Source: Lytechinus pictus (lineage: Eukaryota). From it: 60,000 nucleotides of DNA. Positions within the stretch are counted from its first letter, which is position 1, and the number at the start of each line of letters is the position of its first letter. Of this stretch, positions 11,168 to 25,887 are shown in pieces. The notes beneath the pieces are model-generated. The model was not told the origin of the DNA. It was given only the letters and a program-made list of their open reading frames with translations, and made no database searches. A program made the position numbers and the translations under genes. The DNA lies in contig NC_087245.1 of assembly GCF_037042905.1 (NCBI RefSeq), positions 20,958,001 to 21,018,000 of the forward strand. The letters run 5' to 3'.

Positions 11168-12629
11168 GATTGATTATGTTATTCTAGTAGTCTATATTTA
11201 TTCATACAACACATACATAGGTCCTTAACAGCTGATTGGATGAATGCGTGTCACATGACATTCGTAGGAATCAGCTATAGCATGCTAGCACATGTCACCT
11301 GAGCAATTGTTGCCTATTGTACACTCCAGCAAGAGAACCAGCAGTGCAAGAGATGCCTATTACATGCTAGAGCAAGATGGAGTCGGCAGTGCAGTAGATC
11401 ACAAACTCAATGAACGTGTCTGTATATATACTATGGTCTGCGCCATGAGTATACATAGGCTCTATGCAGGGGCCTGCTGGTAGCAGTATGCAATAGGTTA
11501 ATGCTATCATTGAAAAATATTACACAAAATAGTTTTCAAAATAAATGCAGGTATATGTATTATCTTCTTTGCTGATACCTGCTAATGATAATTCTTCGCT
11601 ATTATAAGAAACTGTCCCAAGGGTATATCAGCGGAGAGAAACAATGTTGAGATAAATATATTGAAAGGTAAAGTTCAAGGAATTAAAAAATGGGAGATTT
11701 AATCAAAAATTTTATATCATGATATTACAGTATCTAAGAAAAAGTGTGAGATTCTGAAATAGTTTTGAGGTTATAGAGACATTCCACATTTATATTTCTA
11801 CTTTGACCCCTTGGGACTTTGTAAAATTGATGACTGTAGATCAATCTTCAAATCAGCTTCAAAAAAGAAAAATGAAATGGACTAGTTATTTGTTTTTTAT
11901 GAAAGAACACATTTGGATATTAGTTTTTGTTTTGATATGGCCAATTTTAAAAATTTTTGAATTTTGTATGGATGATTTCTATAACTTTTTATTTTTGCAG
12001 CCCAATTTAAAGACTCCATACTACTCCTTTTGTAGGCCGATTCAATGATGACATAGACACCATTTATAACAGGATTAAAATTAGTTAGTAATACCTATCA
12101 TATTTGCTTACTTGAAGTCACCATTGCAATGCGACTCGACTGTTTCCCTGGCACGCCAAGCCAAGACATTGCCCAAGATGGGAGACTAGTGATGCTGTTG
12201 TGTGACAGGTGAATGACTATAGATTGGGTTCACTACCAGTCAAGTTGAACTATGCCAGATGCAGAAGTACAATCTGATAAAATTGTCATTAATGGTTCTG
12301 GTCATGACTAATGGCTATCTTCCAGACTTATCTCAGTCCCAGACATAGAGATACGGTGGGTCATCAAATATTTTCATACCGTCATGAAATATTGAGATCC
12401 ATCTCACGCACAGCTGACAAATAAACGCTTCCCGAAGTAAGATGTCGTAAAGATGGGAAATGGAATGTGAAAGGTATAATGGCAGGTGATGTAAGTACAT
12501 CTAGTAGCATACTATCACTAGTTCAAATGATAGCTTTGGTATTTTGTTTAACTAATTGATGCAATAAAGATATGATACTCACCCAATTCAGTACTTCAGC
12601 TCATCATTATACATGTATCTTTGATTTCT

Positions 12630-15450
12630 ACAGTTGTGCCTCATGGGGTTCTTGGTTGAGTTCCTCCGTTATTCCTTTATGCCTCTGAATAAAGAACTCC
12701 AAATATTCGTTATTTCTTCTCCCAAGTGCCATAGTATTCTTCTTCTGTTGAGAACAGTCTCCTTTGAAGAGTTGACTCATAGTATTGTTGTTTATTGGAT
12801 TTATGCATTGATGAAGATATTTGAAGAATATGGAAACATTGGATTCCAGCAGATCTTTTATAGATTTACCTTCACAATGTGTCCTTTGACATCTGTTTAT
12901 CTCTGATTTACGATTGGACCAGGCTGAGTATTTTTTTTATATGGGATACTTCTTTCAGTGGGTCCAAGCAGAAGCTGTTTGGATGAAGAACATTTTTTGA
13001 AGGACCGTCTTCTAAAAATCTGCCTCTTTCACCAGATATCAACATAAAATATCTGTAATTTTCCTCAGTTTAGATTTGTTAAAAAAAAGTTTTGGGCAAA
13101 ATACATATTTTGGACCAAGATGGTTGTTGTAAAGCATTAGACCTTGATTCCTTTGCCAACGAATGAGTGCATTGCATTTTCATCTTACCTCCTTTGCTTA
13201 TCAATTTAATGCTTCTTTTTATATTGGAGAAAAAACAATTTTTTTGAAAAATGAATGCATTATAATGATAAGCAAACCATAGAATCATAATGTTTTGAAA
13301 GACAATGTGATACGTTTAGTGGATCTACATGGTGCCATTTAGGTTTAAACTAGACATCGTAAGTAAATAACCATACTTCATGATATCATAGATGTCCTTG
13401 TTCTCTTTGCTTGTATTTAGTACTAACAAATATGGCAGCAAGTATATTGATAATTTCAAAATGGTTAACAGTGTGACTATGAAGAAATATCAACATTTTA
13501 AAGCTAGAGCCATCTTTAAAAAGGGACTTTTTACAATAAAAATAGTACTAATCAAAGGGCCTTTGTGTGGTGTTAACGGTCTGAATAGATCACACAATTT
13601 TTCTTTGTTATATCCACAATGGTTTGTGAAAGAGAAATATCTGTTATATTTTTACAGAAGAGCTTCAGAGTTGTGTCCAATCATGCTTGAAAAATTCATG
13701 TCATGGACCATAATTCTATTCATTCTAAAAGGTATCGAAACGCTCTGCATTAAAAACAGTAAAATGAAAGAATTTTTTTTTTTTCAGAAGGTAAAACCAA
13801 ATGGCTTCATTTACATCATATTGTTCTGCAAAGCGCATATCAAGTAAAGGAATGTCTGCAAATCTTTAGGATTATCTTCATGTAGTCTGTTGATAAAAGA
13901 CCATCATTGTTCCTGATGAGTTTCAAATCATCTTCTCCCTCTGGATTCAAACTTTATGATTTATATTAAGGGGCTTTCACAATTGCTCGTGCGATCGTTT
14001 ACTTTCAGTTGGTCACAATATATGTTGCACGCAATCTTAACGGTTGTAAGAAGTCGCACCACCAATTGTGAAAGGGGCTTTAAGTCAGAAAGCAATCACT
14101 TTTTGAGTAAGAATGTTTATCTTGGAGTTTGTTAATGTGATTCTGTGGGCGTGATGGTAAGTCATAACCATCATAGCCAAACTCGATTTCTTAAGTAAGG
14201 AATATCCAATCTGGTGAACCATTTGAAAACCTCAAATCTATTATCCTATTAGTACGTTGCTGCATATAGGTACGGTCAGACTGGAAAAATTATCCGTGAA
14301 TACTTGTGGGAACTTATAAGCTTGTTGTGGCATTTGATGTTTTGCTGCAAACTTCATCAGGACTGTTCTTCAACTGCTGAACTGAGTGGGCCATGAAAGA
14401 TTGAATTAAACACTCAGGGTTTCCTGGCGATGTGCAGTGACCTCTTGAAATGCCCAGGAAAGGGACATGATTCTGAGGGATTGATGTCAAATGCTATGGG
14501 ATACCCCTCTCATTAGTTCTTTGGGCTGCTGTTGCTGGAGATGGATAACCCAATCTTGTGATGGAAACATTCCAAACTTGGGTATAATTTGGCAAAAGTG
14601 AGAAATCCTTCATTTCCATAAACTTAAGACATGAGTTATGCAACATTTTCTTCAAGAAATAACTTAGATCCTCTCTGGGTGACACTTCATACAGTTTTGA
14701 GCACTTATCTATTGGAAACTTTGGTATCTGGAGATGAAATCTTGTGCTTCTGGATTTACTCATTGGAGTAATAGAGATTGGTGTAAGTTCCTGGAGTAAA
14801 GGTTCACTTCTGCTGGAAGCGATTTGAAACAGTCAAACGTCTGGTGGGGCATATTGGAATAATCTATTGAATTATTGGTATCATATGCTGAATTATTGGA
14901 AGCGCATTCTATGGCACACAGTTGAAGGAGGAATATGTCAATGGGTTCAGAAATTGTATAAACCTTTGAGTTTAAATCTCTGGAGTAACGAAGACATAGT
15001 GGCCTTCCTTATTTATGAGGACTCTATCTTGACTACTGAAGAAGGTGCCAGTCATGGGGCTTTCGTCCGTGTTGACTGCCACAGCGACGGCGGCTAGTAC
15101 GTCGCTGTCAATGCCAAGTGGGGTTTTCCACCGTGATCTTTCAAGGCTTCAAACAAAACAACAAGCCCCAAGGAACATGAGAGAAGAGATCATAATGGTA
15201 AGTATGAAATCTGTCAGTTTGCCTTCTGAAAGGGATTTGCTTAGAGAGCCTGACAACAGTCTCTGAGAATCTTCTTTCAGCAGGAATCCTGCTTGGTATC
15301 TTTTCTGCACTTATCCTCCAGTTTCAGCATACCTCCAAATGAGTAAAGCTACTTAAAGAGATGCTGAGTGGGATTCCTGCAGAGACTTTTGTTAAGGTGC
15401 CTTAAAACAGGGAGCTCATCAAGTGATACTTACATCGACTGTTCACCCTG
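12630..15450 (-). mobile_element. Highly decayed non-LTR retrotransposon remnants
   Basis: Fragmentary RT-like peptides on the minus strand (FPYSSNIFIN, ILWHLGEEI) and coding-like composition. No intact ORF; boundaries are approximate. Confidence 0.3.
13969..14080. mobile_element. Short Harbinger/Tourist-like MITE
   Basis: Inverted ends ctttcacaattg / caattgtgaaag with TAA-like flanks. Confidence 0.55.
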
Positions 15451-15950
15451 ATGTAAGAAAAACACTAAAGCTGAAGATAGTTTGGTGAGCATTGGTCAAA
15501 GAATAACAAGATGAAGTTTTTAAAGTTTTAGTTTTGTGATGTCACATGCAAGAAGCCCCCCCCCCATGTTATGTGAGTTCTCATAACAACAAAAATGCAT
15601 TGAGATATGCATCCAAATATGATCGGACCCATCATTTCATACACGCTTCTTTTGAAGAAATATTTCTAGTCATCATGAAACACAAGACAGTTAAAAGTTA
15701 TGGGATTTATATTCATGGTCATTTTGGGGCAGTTGCTCACATGTGATGTCAGAAAAATTCATTAATTCTTTTCTTTAAAATGTCTTCTTTTATCGAAACC
15801 AATTTGCTGTCAGGGCTTCCCTTTTAGCTTGTTCCTTGAAAATGGGAGAAAATATTGCAAAATGTAATGAAGTAACCCACCCCCCTCCCACATCATAGAG
15901 TTATTCTGGCAATGCCCTGTAGCTTATACACAACTTTTGAATACCTTATT

Positions 15951-16101
15951 CCGGGTCCCGTTTCATACAGACTTATTTTGAAAACAACCACCTAATTTCT
16001 ATAACAAATTTACAATAAGCCGATGACAGTGAATGCTATCAGTAGCTTGTAACTGTTATTGCAAATTTGCTATTATACAAATTTGTATGAAGCAGGCACT
16101 A
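15951..16101. mobile_element. Degenerate ~150-bp MITE
   Basis: Imperfect inverted ends gggtcccgtttcataca / tgtatgaagcaggcact, abutting the next MITE. Confidence 0.45.
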
Positions 16102-16279
16102 GGTGGGTGTTTCATAAAGCTGTTTGTAAGTTACGAGCGACTTGGAGAACGACCGGTGAACCTTTCTTACGAGCTGAATAATGAGCATTTAATGGTGAAT
16201 ATCATTTACTACAAGAAAGGTTCACCAGTCGTTCTAAAAGTCACTCTTAACTTAGGAACAACTTTATAAAAACGGCCCC
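16102..16279. mobile_element. ~180-bp palindromic MITE family, copy 1
   Basis: gtttcataaagctgtttgtaagtt... arms of ~60 bp. Homologues at 26591, 27277 and 33559. Confidence 0.85.
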
Positions 16280-17549
16280 GCTGGATGGTATAGAGATCAG
16301 ATGGGAAGAGTGATATTCTCTGGAGCAGGTCAATGAAGTCACTGCTCATGTCCAAGTCACACTTGAAGATTGTCCACCTTTATATCACATGTCTCAAGAA
16401 CTTGACAACCATGCCGTTTATCATCCCCTGCATGCTTTACATGGACCATCATCTTCCACAGTTAGCTAGAGACTGGGTGATTCATATGGGAAAATCTTCA
16501 AGTTCAATAATTATTCTTTGAATTGCATGATATCGGGCAGATTTTTTTATGTATATACAAAAAATATCCTATTCACTTTCTTTCCATGAAAGAAAACCTA
16601 TAACTTGAATCCTAGTAATATTGAATTATTTTGTAACTTTGTTAACAGTTCCAAATAAAGTAAAAATTTAATATATGTATCTGACCTTAGTAGGTATATA
16701 TGATCATAGCAAAATATGTAAGCAGGATGCATACACTTACACCTGATCTTTTGTGTTTATTTGGCCAGTCATCTGGAGGGCTTAGTTTAACGGGGTACCA
16801 TCCATTATGTTTCATCCATCTGTATATGATATTCTTATCCTGAATGGAAGGGAGTGTCAACACCTAAGTAGAGTGTCAAAAGTAATTAAAGGGAAGGGTA
16901 ACCGTAGTTATTCTGTTGAAGTTTTATAGAAGCAGAACATTTGAAAGGAACATGTTGGTAAAATTCTAGGATGAATATGATTGAAAATGATTTGACTGGT
17001 CAATAAAAACACATGATTAAGATAATGTTTGAATATCTGGCGAGCTTACAGTCACTATTCACACCAGTTATTTTATTTGCTCAAGTGATGTCTTTGTTTT
17101 TAGTGATGTTTTAATATATTTTTTTGCTTTATTTGCAATAATTCTAAGGGCAGATAATGTATGTGAGGATCCTTTTTTTTTTTTGGGGGGGGGGGTGGCC
17201 GATCTTCTGTTAATGTTTACTTACAGAATTATGGCACCTTTTTAACATTTATATCTATTTTGAAAAGTCATGACAATATGAATATATTTAATCAATCCAA
17301 AGAAAAAAAAAGGAAGAGGGGCTGAATTGACTTTACTTTGCAAGGACACCATATGGTGTGTGGAATAATTCTGTGGTGTATCCAAGTCTTAAATTAGCCA
17401 TTTATTGTAATACCGTATGCTGGGGTGGATACTGATTATTGCGTTAACAGTCTTGTTGGAATGTGTTTTCATCATTTATTTCAAGTACATCAGATTCAGC
17501 TGATTTCATGCTAGTTGATTGATATACATATGCTCAGCTAATGTAGAGA

Positions 17550-17937
17550 CAAGGTTCTCAGCCCATCAGGGAAATTAAGGAAAATTGTTTTACTTTTTTC
17601 CAGTGAGGGAAAAATCAGGGACTTTGATAAAAAAAATACCTCAAATCGGGAAATATACCTCAAATGAGGGAAAATTAGGGAATTTTGATCGGCCCAGAAG
17701 TCGAAAACATGGTAGTCAGTCAGACTATATATTATATTTTGTTACATATCAAAACAACACCCATTAAATGACTGGTTATGGTGGTACTAGTTAGTTTCAC
17801 ATTATTGCTTTTATACTGAAAATAATTTAGAAAACATGCAAAACTGGGAATGGGTTTTAATAATTATCAGGGAATTTTTAAACTTCATCAGGGAAAAATC
17901 AGGGAATTTTGTTTTTTTTGAAAAGCTGGGAACCCTG
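17550..17937. mobile_element. hAT-like MITE with repeated TCAGGGAA(A) subterminal motifs
   Basis: Ends caaggttctcagc / gctgggaaccctg with many internal (c)agggaa motifs. TSD not recognisable. Confidence 0.6.
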
Positions 17938-18529
17938 AGAGAGGAGATTGCTACATGTAAAAAAGCTTGTGGTGTGGATCTGATATTCATTCATTTTGAA
18001 AGAAGTGGAGAGTTTAGCACTGACGTTTTCTAGTTGTGTGACTTAAAATTGGGAATTTGTCACAAGATTCCATGAAAAGAAGGAAAATGTGAAAAAAGAA
18101 ATTGATTTTCTAAATATTGCAAAAGAGAAATGGGAGAGATAAACAAAGAATAGGGGAGAGAGAGATATATATAAAGCTTAGAAAACAAGGAAAATATTTC
18201 CAATTGTTAGGGTGCAGCAGATATACATTATCTTAAAAAATGTCCCAGAAAATTCATTTTAGAATATGATATGAATATTCAAAATTACCCATGTGGTTCA
18301 AAATGAAGAAATTTGGCCAATATAACATTAGAATATAAAGGAAATGTGAAAAAAAATTAAGAATGGACTTAATGAAATATATGTGTAGGAGAGAAACAGA
18401 AAATTAAGAAGCAAGTGAAATATTTAAGAATGTTTGACTGATTCCCAAAGAGAGGAGTTACCTTATGAAAAGTAGATAATAGATCGAGAGAAAGTGAGGG
18501 GAAAGGGATTAATGTTGCTATTGATTTAA

Positions 18530-18989
18530 AGGTCAAGTCCACCTCAGAAAAATGTTGATCTGAATCAATAGAGAAAAATCAGACGAGCATAATGCTGAAA
18601 ATTGCATCAAAATCAGATGTAAATTTAGAAAGTTAGGACATTTTAAAGTTTCGCTTCTTTTTCACAAAATTTCAGTTTTTACAGATTACATAAAATGTGA
18701 AACAATGGCAAAATAAAACTTTGTTTCACAGGACAATGAGGAGAAAATTAGAATATTTCATATATAAAATACAAAAGAAATAGTGAGTGAGTGAGTGATG
18801 TCATCAGTTCCCTCATTTGCATACTGACCAGGATGTGAATATAACAATTTTTTTTAATTAAGGAAAGCTTAAAAATGTCATATAAACTTTCTTATATTAC
18901 ATCCGATTTTGATGACATTTTCAGTGTTGTGCTGATTGGATTTTTCTCTTTTTATTCAAATCCACGTTTTTTTGGGGTGGAGTTGTCCT
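18530..18989. mobile_element. TTAA-flanked Kolobok-like MITE
   Basis: TTAA|aggtcaagtccacc ... ggtggagttgtcct|TTAA with longer imperfect subterminal inverted repeats. Confidence 0.8.
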
Positions 18990-20362
18990 TTAACAGGATA
19001 ATGAGACTTGGGAGACTGGGTAGAAATGTGGAGGGGGGGGGGGGTTGCTTCTAGAGAAGCCTGAAGAAGGTAATCATACTCATTACATCATCAACCTGCT
19101 GATCTGTATTACCCTGCCTGTATAACCATGGTTCCTCTCTTGGGGGACAAATATAGCTTCAGAACATTAATATCATAAGGTCAATGCTGGCAAGGTTGTA
19201 TTCCTCCTTCCCTTTATTGCCCGACCGCCATGACCTGCCCTTGTTGAGAATCTGTTATGACGGCCTCTTCTCTCCCTCCATACCCCCATATGATCCAATT
19301 AATGAGAAGTAATATGAAGAGCAGACACTAATAAGCTAATGTATATCTCATTACCTCATCAGTTTCTCCCTAACCCAGATTTTGGGTATATCATTTCAAA
19401 GTATACATGAAAACTGTATTGGGAGACCCATAAGTGCTCATCTGCACCCCTGTACTACATTTTTACCAGGTATCTGCCTCTCGGTTATTGGCGTATCTTG
19501 GACAAATATTACCAGGGGAAGTGCTCCTCTTCCAGCCATTGTAACTCCTAATCTTAGCATACAAATTTTGCCTTTTCCAACTTTTGATGCCTATAAATTC
19601 TTTGTTGTCTGTGGGATTAAACCTAGAGGTTCCCGCCCCCTCACTTTTTTTTACACCCCCAAAATTGCACTTGGGGCACATGCCCCCTTACCCTCTCTCT
19701 CAGGGGGGGGGGGGGTAAGTGAAATAGAAGTGAAAAAAGAAGCATCCTGAAATCTATGTTCATTTTTTTCTTCACTGGAGGGGCCTAATGAATAAAAAGG
19801 AAAAATTGTAAAGATGAGAGGGACTGGTAGTAAGTCTTACGCCATGTTGTATATTGAGAACAGTTCAAATCAATTGGATTCTGTGAATATAACCCTGCAC
19901 ACAATGACATATGAATAGCATAAAAGTAAAATGTGTCAGGTGATCGATGCAACGATGTCACAATGGCGAGAAGGGTGTGGTAATTAATTATGGCGTGACA
20001 TTGAATACTGTGAGGATAATGCCTCTAATCGAGACACTAATTAAAGTTTTTCATATTGGAGCAAGCCTGACACTGATGCTTCGAATATCAATGATGAAAC
20101 CTCATTTTGTGTGTCATGTGAGATGCTATTGATATTTCAGGATGATGCTCCAGTATACCTAATAAATACCCTGACATAGATACAAAACTATTTGCTTTTT
20201 AATAATAATCTATTGTGATCAACATAGGTCATGGTGTTTTGAGGCTGAATATATTATTTATTTATCATTTTATGTCATTTTTCTCATTTTCTTCCCATTA
20301 TAATGTCTCTCTCAATAAAAACAAATGCTTGAATTAATGTGTTTCAACCCTTATTCCTCTTC

Positions 20363-20753
20363 TACCCCTTTCATAAACCCAATAAAACACAATTATGCGG
20401 CTAATAGCAGCATAATTTGGTCGTAAAATCAGAGGAGGACAAGAGTTATCCGCATTATTCTGATGCTGCTATTATCCGCATAATAGAGGCATCGGGACAA
20501 GATTTTGAGTTTATGAACGTATTTCCAAATAATGCGGATAATTGCCATGGTGAGGTCACAAGGTCACCCTTTTCCAACACAACCGCATTGGAGGGGGCGT
20601 GTCCAGTTGTCATGACGATTATCCGCCTTTTTCAGGACGGGCGCTCGTAAAAATATTTTATGGAGTTTGTGAACGCAATTTTTATTGAATTATCCGCATT
20701 ACTCTTAGGCGGCTAATTGGAGGATATGTTTTATTGGGTTTATGAAAGGGGTA
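20363..20753. mobile_element. MITE with 27-bp TIR and internal TTATCCGC motifs
   Basis: tacccctttcataaacccaataaaaca / tgttttattgggtttatgaaaggggta are perfect inverted ends. Confidence 0.85.
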
Positions 20754-22699
20754 TTACACTCTCCTACTTAAATGTCATTGCCGTTTTTGCACTTCATCTT
20801 TGTTTGGTTGTTTTTCATTGTCAGCCCCCTCCCTCTCAGGCATTGTTCCTTTAACTTTCACTAACTTTTTTTTCTCTCTCTCCATTTTTCTTTGTGTATT
20901 CCACACATTATTTTCTGCTGTTTACTTTCACCCTACTCTGCCCCACCCCTCTTTTGTTTAATTATACTTTATACTTCTTTAAAAAAAAAAAATTTTTTTT
21001 TTAATCTCTTTCTATTCCTCTTTCATTCCCTCTCTATCTTCCTATGTCCCTCTCTACTAATGCATGTCTCCCCCTCTCTCTCTCAACCTAATTCCTTGAT
21101 CTAATGATGCTACCCCTTCTCTTCTCCATCCATCTACCTGTTAATCAGCTTTGTTGCATACCACTCATTTAAGACCCATTAATTTGTAACCTTTCCCAAT
21201 CCTAGGGTGCTGGGACCTGCACTTGCACTTACACCAATCCCCTTACCCCATCCCACCCCATACCCCTCCCTATTCTACACCACCCCAGGTGCTGAGATCC
21301 CACTGGTAGCAGGAGGGTTAAACAGCCCATGCCTAATGTTAATCATTCAACACTTTTCCGCATCAGTCACTGTCAAGGCGGTCCACTACAGTCAAGTTTA
21401 ACCCTTTCACTCCCATCTTACCAGCTCAAATCGAGGAGAGCCTTGGGCAACATATGGATTTAAAGCTGGTTTTGTGCTTGTTTGGAATGTGAATTGAACC
21501 TTTTGAGAGTACACTGATATGTGATGGTTTCTGAAAACTTGCCACCATGAAAAAAATAAAAGTCTCATTGATTTCTTGTATCATTATTCTTGAGCCCATG
21601 TCAGTAAAAACGATATATAATTGTAGTCTTTGATTTTTTCAGATGAAGCCATTACATATGAAAACCATAAAATTCCAAATTTTTTAAAGAAGAAATTGTA
21701 TTCTCAGAATAGTTAGACACAAATATATAAATATTTACTGTGACTGATGTGTTAAAATACAAATATTTTGTTTATTCAAATATCAGCATTTTTTATATAT
21801 TATTTCAAAAAGTTATCTAGCCATGGGACTCTTCATATATGTTGTTGATCTCAAGCTTTTTTTTTGTCTTACAATTTTAATGCATAAAAATATTCTTTTT
21901 TAAAATCCTATACATTGTTTTGAAAACATATCAATATGAATGAAGAACTAAGGGCAAAAATATTAGAACCAACATCATAGATATAATAGTATAATCTTGA
22001 ATGTCTTATACGAGCCTCTATGACAAGAATATAAATATTTTTATATGAATAGTCTCTTGACAACTAATTGTCTACTGTCAGCGAAGCAACCCATTTGCGT
22101 GCAGATCTTAATGAAGTAAGTATACACACCAGCAGATTTAATAACCATCTCAGTGGAAAAATCACCACTTTTGAGTAAGCATGCCTCTATGAAACGTCCA
22201 CATGTTTTGCTATCTTCCCAGGCCAGTCCCACGTGTGCTTTTCTGTGTTGGAGTTCAAGGGCTTAATAGTATATGGTATGGCTACATGCACTCATTGGAT
22301 TTATATGTGACAGGTGTAGGGGACCTGAACACACGTGGACCTGAATATCATCCGTTGATTACCATTGCATGTGTTATTTTGATCCGCTGTCGTCCCAAAG
22401 CAAGTCTGATTGAGCGGCTGGCTAGAGTGTGATGGTGTGATATAAGCCTGTACGATGTAAAACCCTCACCTTTTTCCTCGTCTTTGACGTTTACTTGCAA
22501 TGTTTACCCTGGGTAGCAGGGGAGATATTGTTTACAAGGATCCAGTGCCAAATCGGAATGCAGACAGCTTAATGGATCACTGGTAAATTGAAAGTGGAAT
22601 AGTCATTGGATTGCCTAATTAAATCACGAAGTGCTGGATTAATAATTTCTTTTGATCACACTGGAAAACACTTTTTTTTACCTTGGAGATTAGTGATGA

Positions 22700-24060
22700 T
22701 TGTGTTCCTGTGAACCAAAATCAATTCATTGATTGTCTGGGATACCCGATCGAACAAATATCATGGATGAATAGGAATATATTTTGGCTTATGCATTATC
22801 CGTGTTTGCTGTCCATATTTTGTGTGTAACATCATTTTTTTTCTGTTGTTAGTTGCTCCTCACAACATATCTTTTAGTAAACAGGATGGAAGATTCTCCT
22901 CTTGGTATTTTCTCTGTTTTCTTAATGAAGACTTCAAAATCATGGAATATGGATCATTGCAAGTCATTTCTGCAATTAATTTATTTGCAAGCTCTGAATG
23001 GGATAATTGTGCTTGTGATGTGTGATTTTCAGAAGACCTAATTTGAGCTGTCATGATTTTATTTCTCAGGGTGCCATCATCTGGATGGCATTTTCTGCAA
23101 TCATCTTGTATATGTGTATTTGGGAATTGCTTCATATTATTAGATAGATATCACTTCTTGTGCAACTTCCTCCAATTCTCCATGACAAAGCACCGAGAAT
23201 GTGATCACTTGATAAATCTACCCAGCAATGTCTGCTGCATTCAGCTCTCTGATTTCAATTTTTGGTGTAATCATCTTCCCATTTTATAATGCGATCATTA
23301 TGAAATGTATTCAAAGTTGTTCTTTCTCAATTCTAGGATTCAAGGGATTCTTCAATCAATTCCTTAACAAAGTAAAGTTAACTTTATTTATGATGTTTCA
23401 CTTGAATACACATAAGAATGTTTTTTCTTTGAGTTTATTCAGATGGTGTTGATGATTACAAAATCATTCCCTGGCTTATGCATTCTGCATAATGCAATCA
23501 TTTCCAATCCAAGTGTATTGTGGCTGTTGAGTTCATGGGTTCCATCCATTATCTATTTTAGAGTACTACGCTTAAATACTTGAGGTCAAATTATTTGCAA
23601 TTCATTACGAAGATAAGGGTCTTTTTATTTATAAACTTTCATAAGTTTATTAATTAGACATATGTAAGTTATAAAGTTTTGTTGCATAACCAGCACTCCG
23701 ATTGACAGTTTCATTGTCAATCATATTTTATTTTTTTTAATGCAATTATTTTGAAAATAATTAGATTTGGTTATCAAAGAACAAACAATGCAACCTTCTT
23801 TAGTGTGGAAGTTTGATTCTTTGTGCTGTAAAATGACATCAAATTTACACATGGATTTTTTTAAAGGTATGCAATTACTGATGATTTTCTTGGGTCATGC
23901 TTTCACAATAAATCTGTGCTTGATGATCCAAGCTCTCCCTTCATCCTACCTCTTAATCCAAACTCTCATGATGATCTTTCATTTATCTACATGCCATGGG
24001 CGTGAAGTCATGCATTTGGGCCAATTTCAATCTTGTTAAAGGACGGATTGCTTTTCCCTT
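22700..24060 (-). mobile_element. Decayed LINE remnant
   Basis: Minus-strand ELNSHNTLG near 23510-23540 resembles the AP-endonuclease GDFNSH motif. Otherwise stop-riddled; boundaries are approximate. Confidence 0.3.
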
Positions 24061-25812
24061 GGTCAGTTTGAATTTCACTAATTTTCTGTGGATTGAATAT
24101 GAATTGACCTCGTATATCCCTGGGGAAATCAATTATTTTGTTTAATCAGATAGTGGCGGCATTTCATTGTCAAGCTCATCATGCGTTTCTATTATCTGTA
24201 CAGTGGCATAATTACTGATTTAGAACTGCACTGTCATACTACTCACTCATCCTATGTCTACTATGACCGACTGAATTAATTATTGTGTATAATCCTTCAT
24301 ACGAATGAGCCTTATAATCAATCACTAAGCTCTACGTTACAGTGCCGAGATCTCGGGTTTAACTATCGTCTTACACTGCTAAAATTATGGGAAGCCAAAC
24401 ATGTCAAAAATTTGTTTACGTTGTATGCTACTTCTGTTGACTGTGCTTTTACTCTTTAATGGTGAAGACAACTATCTTATTTATCCTTGTCAGGAAGTTA
24501 AGAATGATTTGGGAATCAAGCGGGCTGATAAATTGAACTTCTGTTGTTGGTTTTTTTTAGCTTTATGTCACAGTAGGTTATCCATAGTTAAACCACAATT
24601 TTAGACCAGAGTTTAAATTAAACCCAACTTCAGAATAAGTGTTAAATTCATTTGTTTAAGCAACATCACCTCTGACCTTATGAATAGGATTGGATCAAAG
24701 CTTTCTGGGGGACAAATGACTTGTGAGTGTGACACAGATGCACAAACACAAGCTGATACTGCATTGTTGTTTCTTCATTAATTAAAAACCAAAGGTTTAC
24801 TCTTGTACTGTCTAAAGCATGCCTTCAGCAAAACTTTGTAATTCACCATATGTTATAGTTTACATCTCTTATGGATTATTTCACAGCTTGTTTCTATGAA
24901 CAATAGTTTTTTTAATTCCTTGACAATCATATGATTTGCTATTAATTATTAAGTTTGCAGGTATTATTTTAGTCTGTGATGTAATCATTTTTTTATGCAA
25001 TCATTTGGGATGCATTGGATGCAATCAATCAAGTTTTTTTTCTGCTGAAATTATTCTTTTGAATATGGTAATACTTTTATTGGTTCTTCATATATAAAAT
25101 GATTGTCATTCAGAGGCATGATGAAGACAGTAGTATAGTGTGTAAATATACATCAAAGCATACTGTCCAGCAGCTTTCCTACTTCAAACGATTAACACAG
25201 AACTTTGGGGTCAACAATTTCTCAGTTGTGCTGGTATCATTAATTATAAAATTGTGTTTTTAGCTGTTGCCGTTATGCTGTTGTTACAGTATCATGTTCA
25301 TGAATTGATGATGTGAGTTAGTGTAAAATGATCTCTGCTGTAGCCTCAACTGTGTTTCGAGGTTGTTTGTAAGGAAGAACCATGCTTGTATCAGGCTTTA
25401 TTTGAGTATTAATGAGTAGGGACTACGCAGGTTAGTATTTCCTCTGGCGCTTTCTTTTAAGATTTGACGGTATGCTCGCTGGAGGAAGGAGGTATCCTTA
25501 CACCGTCGGACGAAACCTTGTCGGTTCTTTGCTAGATTATATATTATTCATAGTTAAATGGTGATTATGCATTGTCTATCCCAGAGGGATGTGTATTTGA
25601 TTATTGTAATGATCTCCCTAACTCTCTTTCTCGCCTTACCCTTTTTTCTGTGTCATATTGCCTTACTTTGTTATGCTTTATTCTTGCTTCATATTAAACC
25701 ATCTAATTCATTTCAAATCTTAAATATTTCTTTTATTCATACATTATATTTGAAAAACTCTCTTGTTTGATGACATCTTGTCTCTTTTACTTTGATCAAG
25801 ATTGTACGTTTT

Positions 25813-25848
25813 TCTGTCTGTCTATCTATCTATCTATCTGTCTGTCTT

Positions 25849-25884
<36 letters not shown>

Positions 25885-25887
25885 TCC
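25813..25887. repeat. (TCTG)n/(TCTA)n microsatellite, followed by a pyrimidine-rich tract to ~26220
   Basis: Directly visible tandem tetranucleotides. Confidence 0.9.

Noticed and set aside
11195..11640. Possible Crypton-like non-autonomous element
   Set aside because: Repeat-like appearance, but no definable ends or second copy in the window.
25412..25436. Tiny first exon ATGAGTAGGGACTACGCAG|GTTAGT (MSRDYA)
   Set aside because: Weak start context, only 6 codons and no supporting motif; expected by chance.
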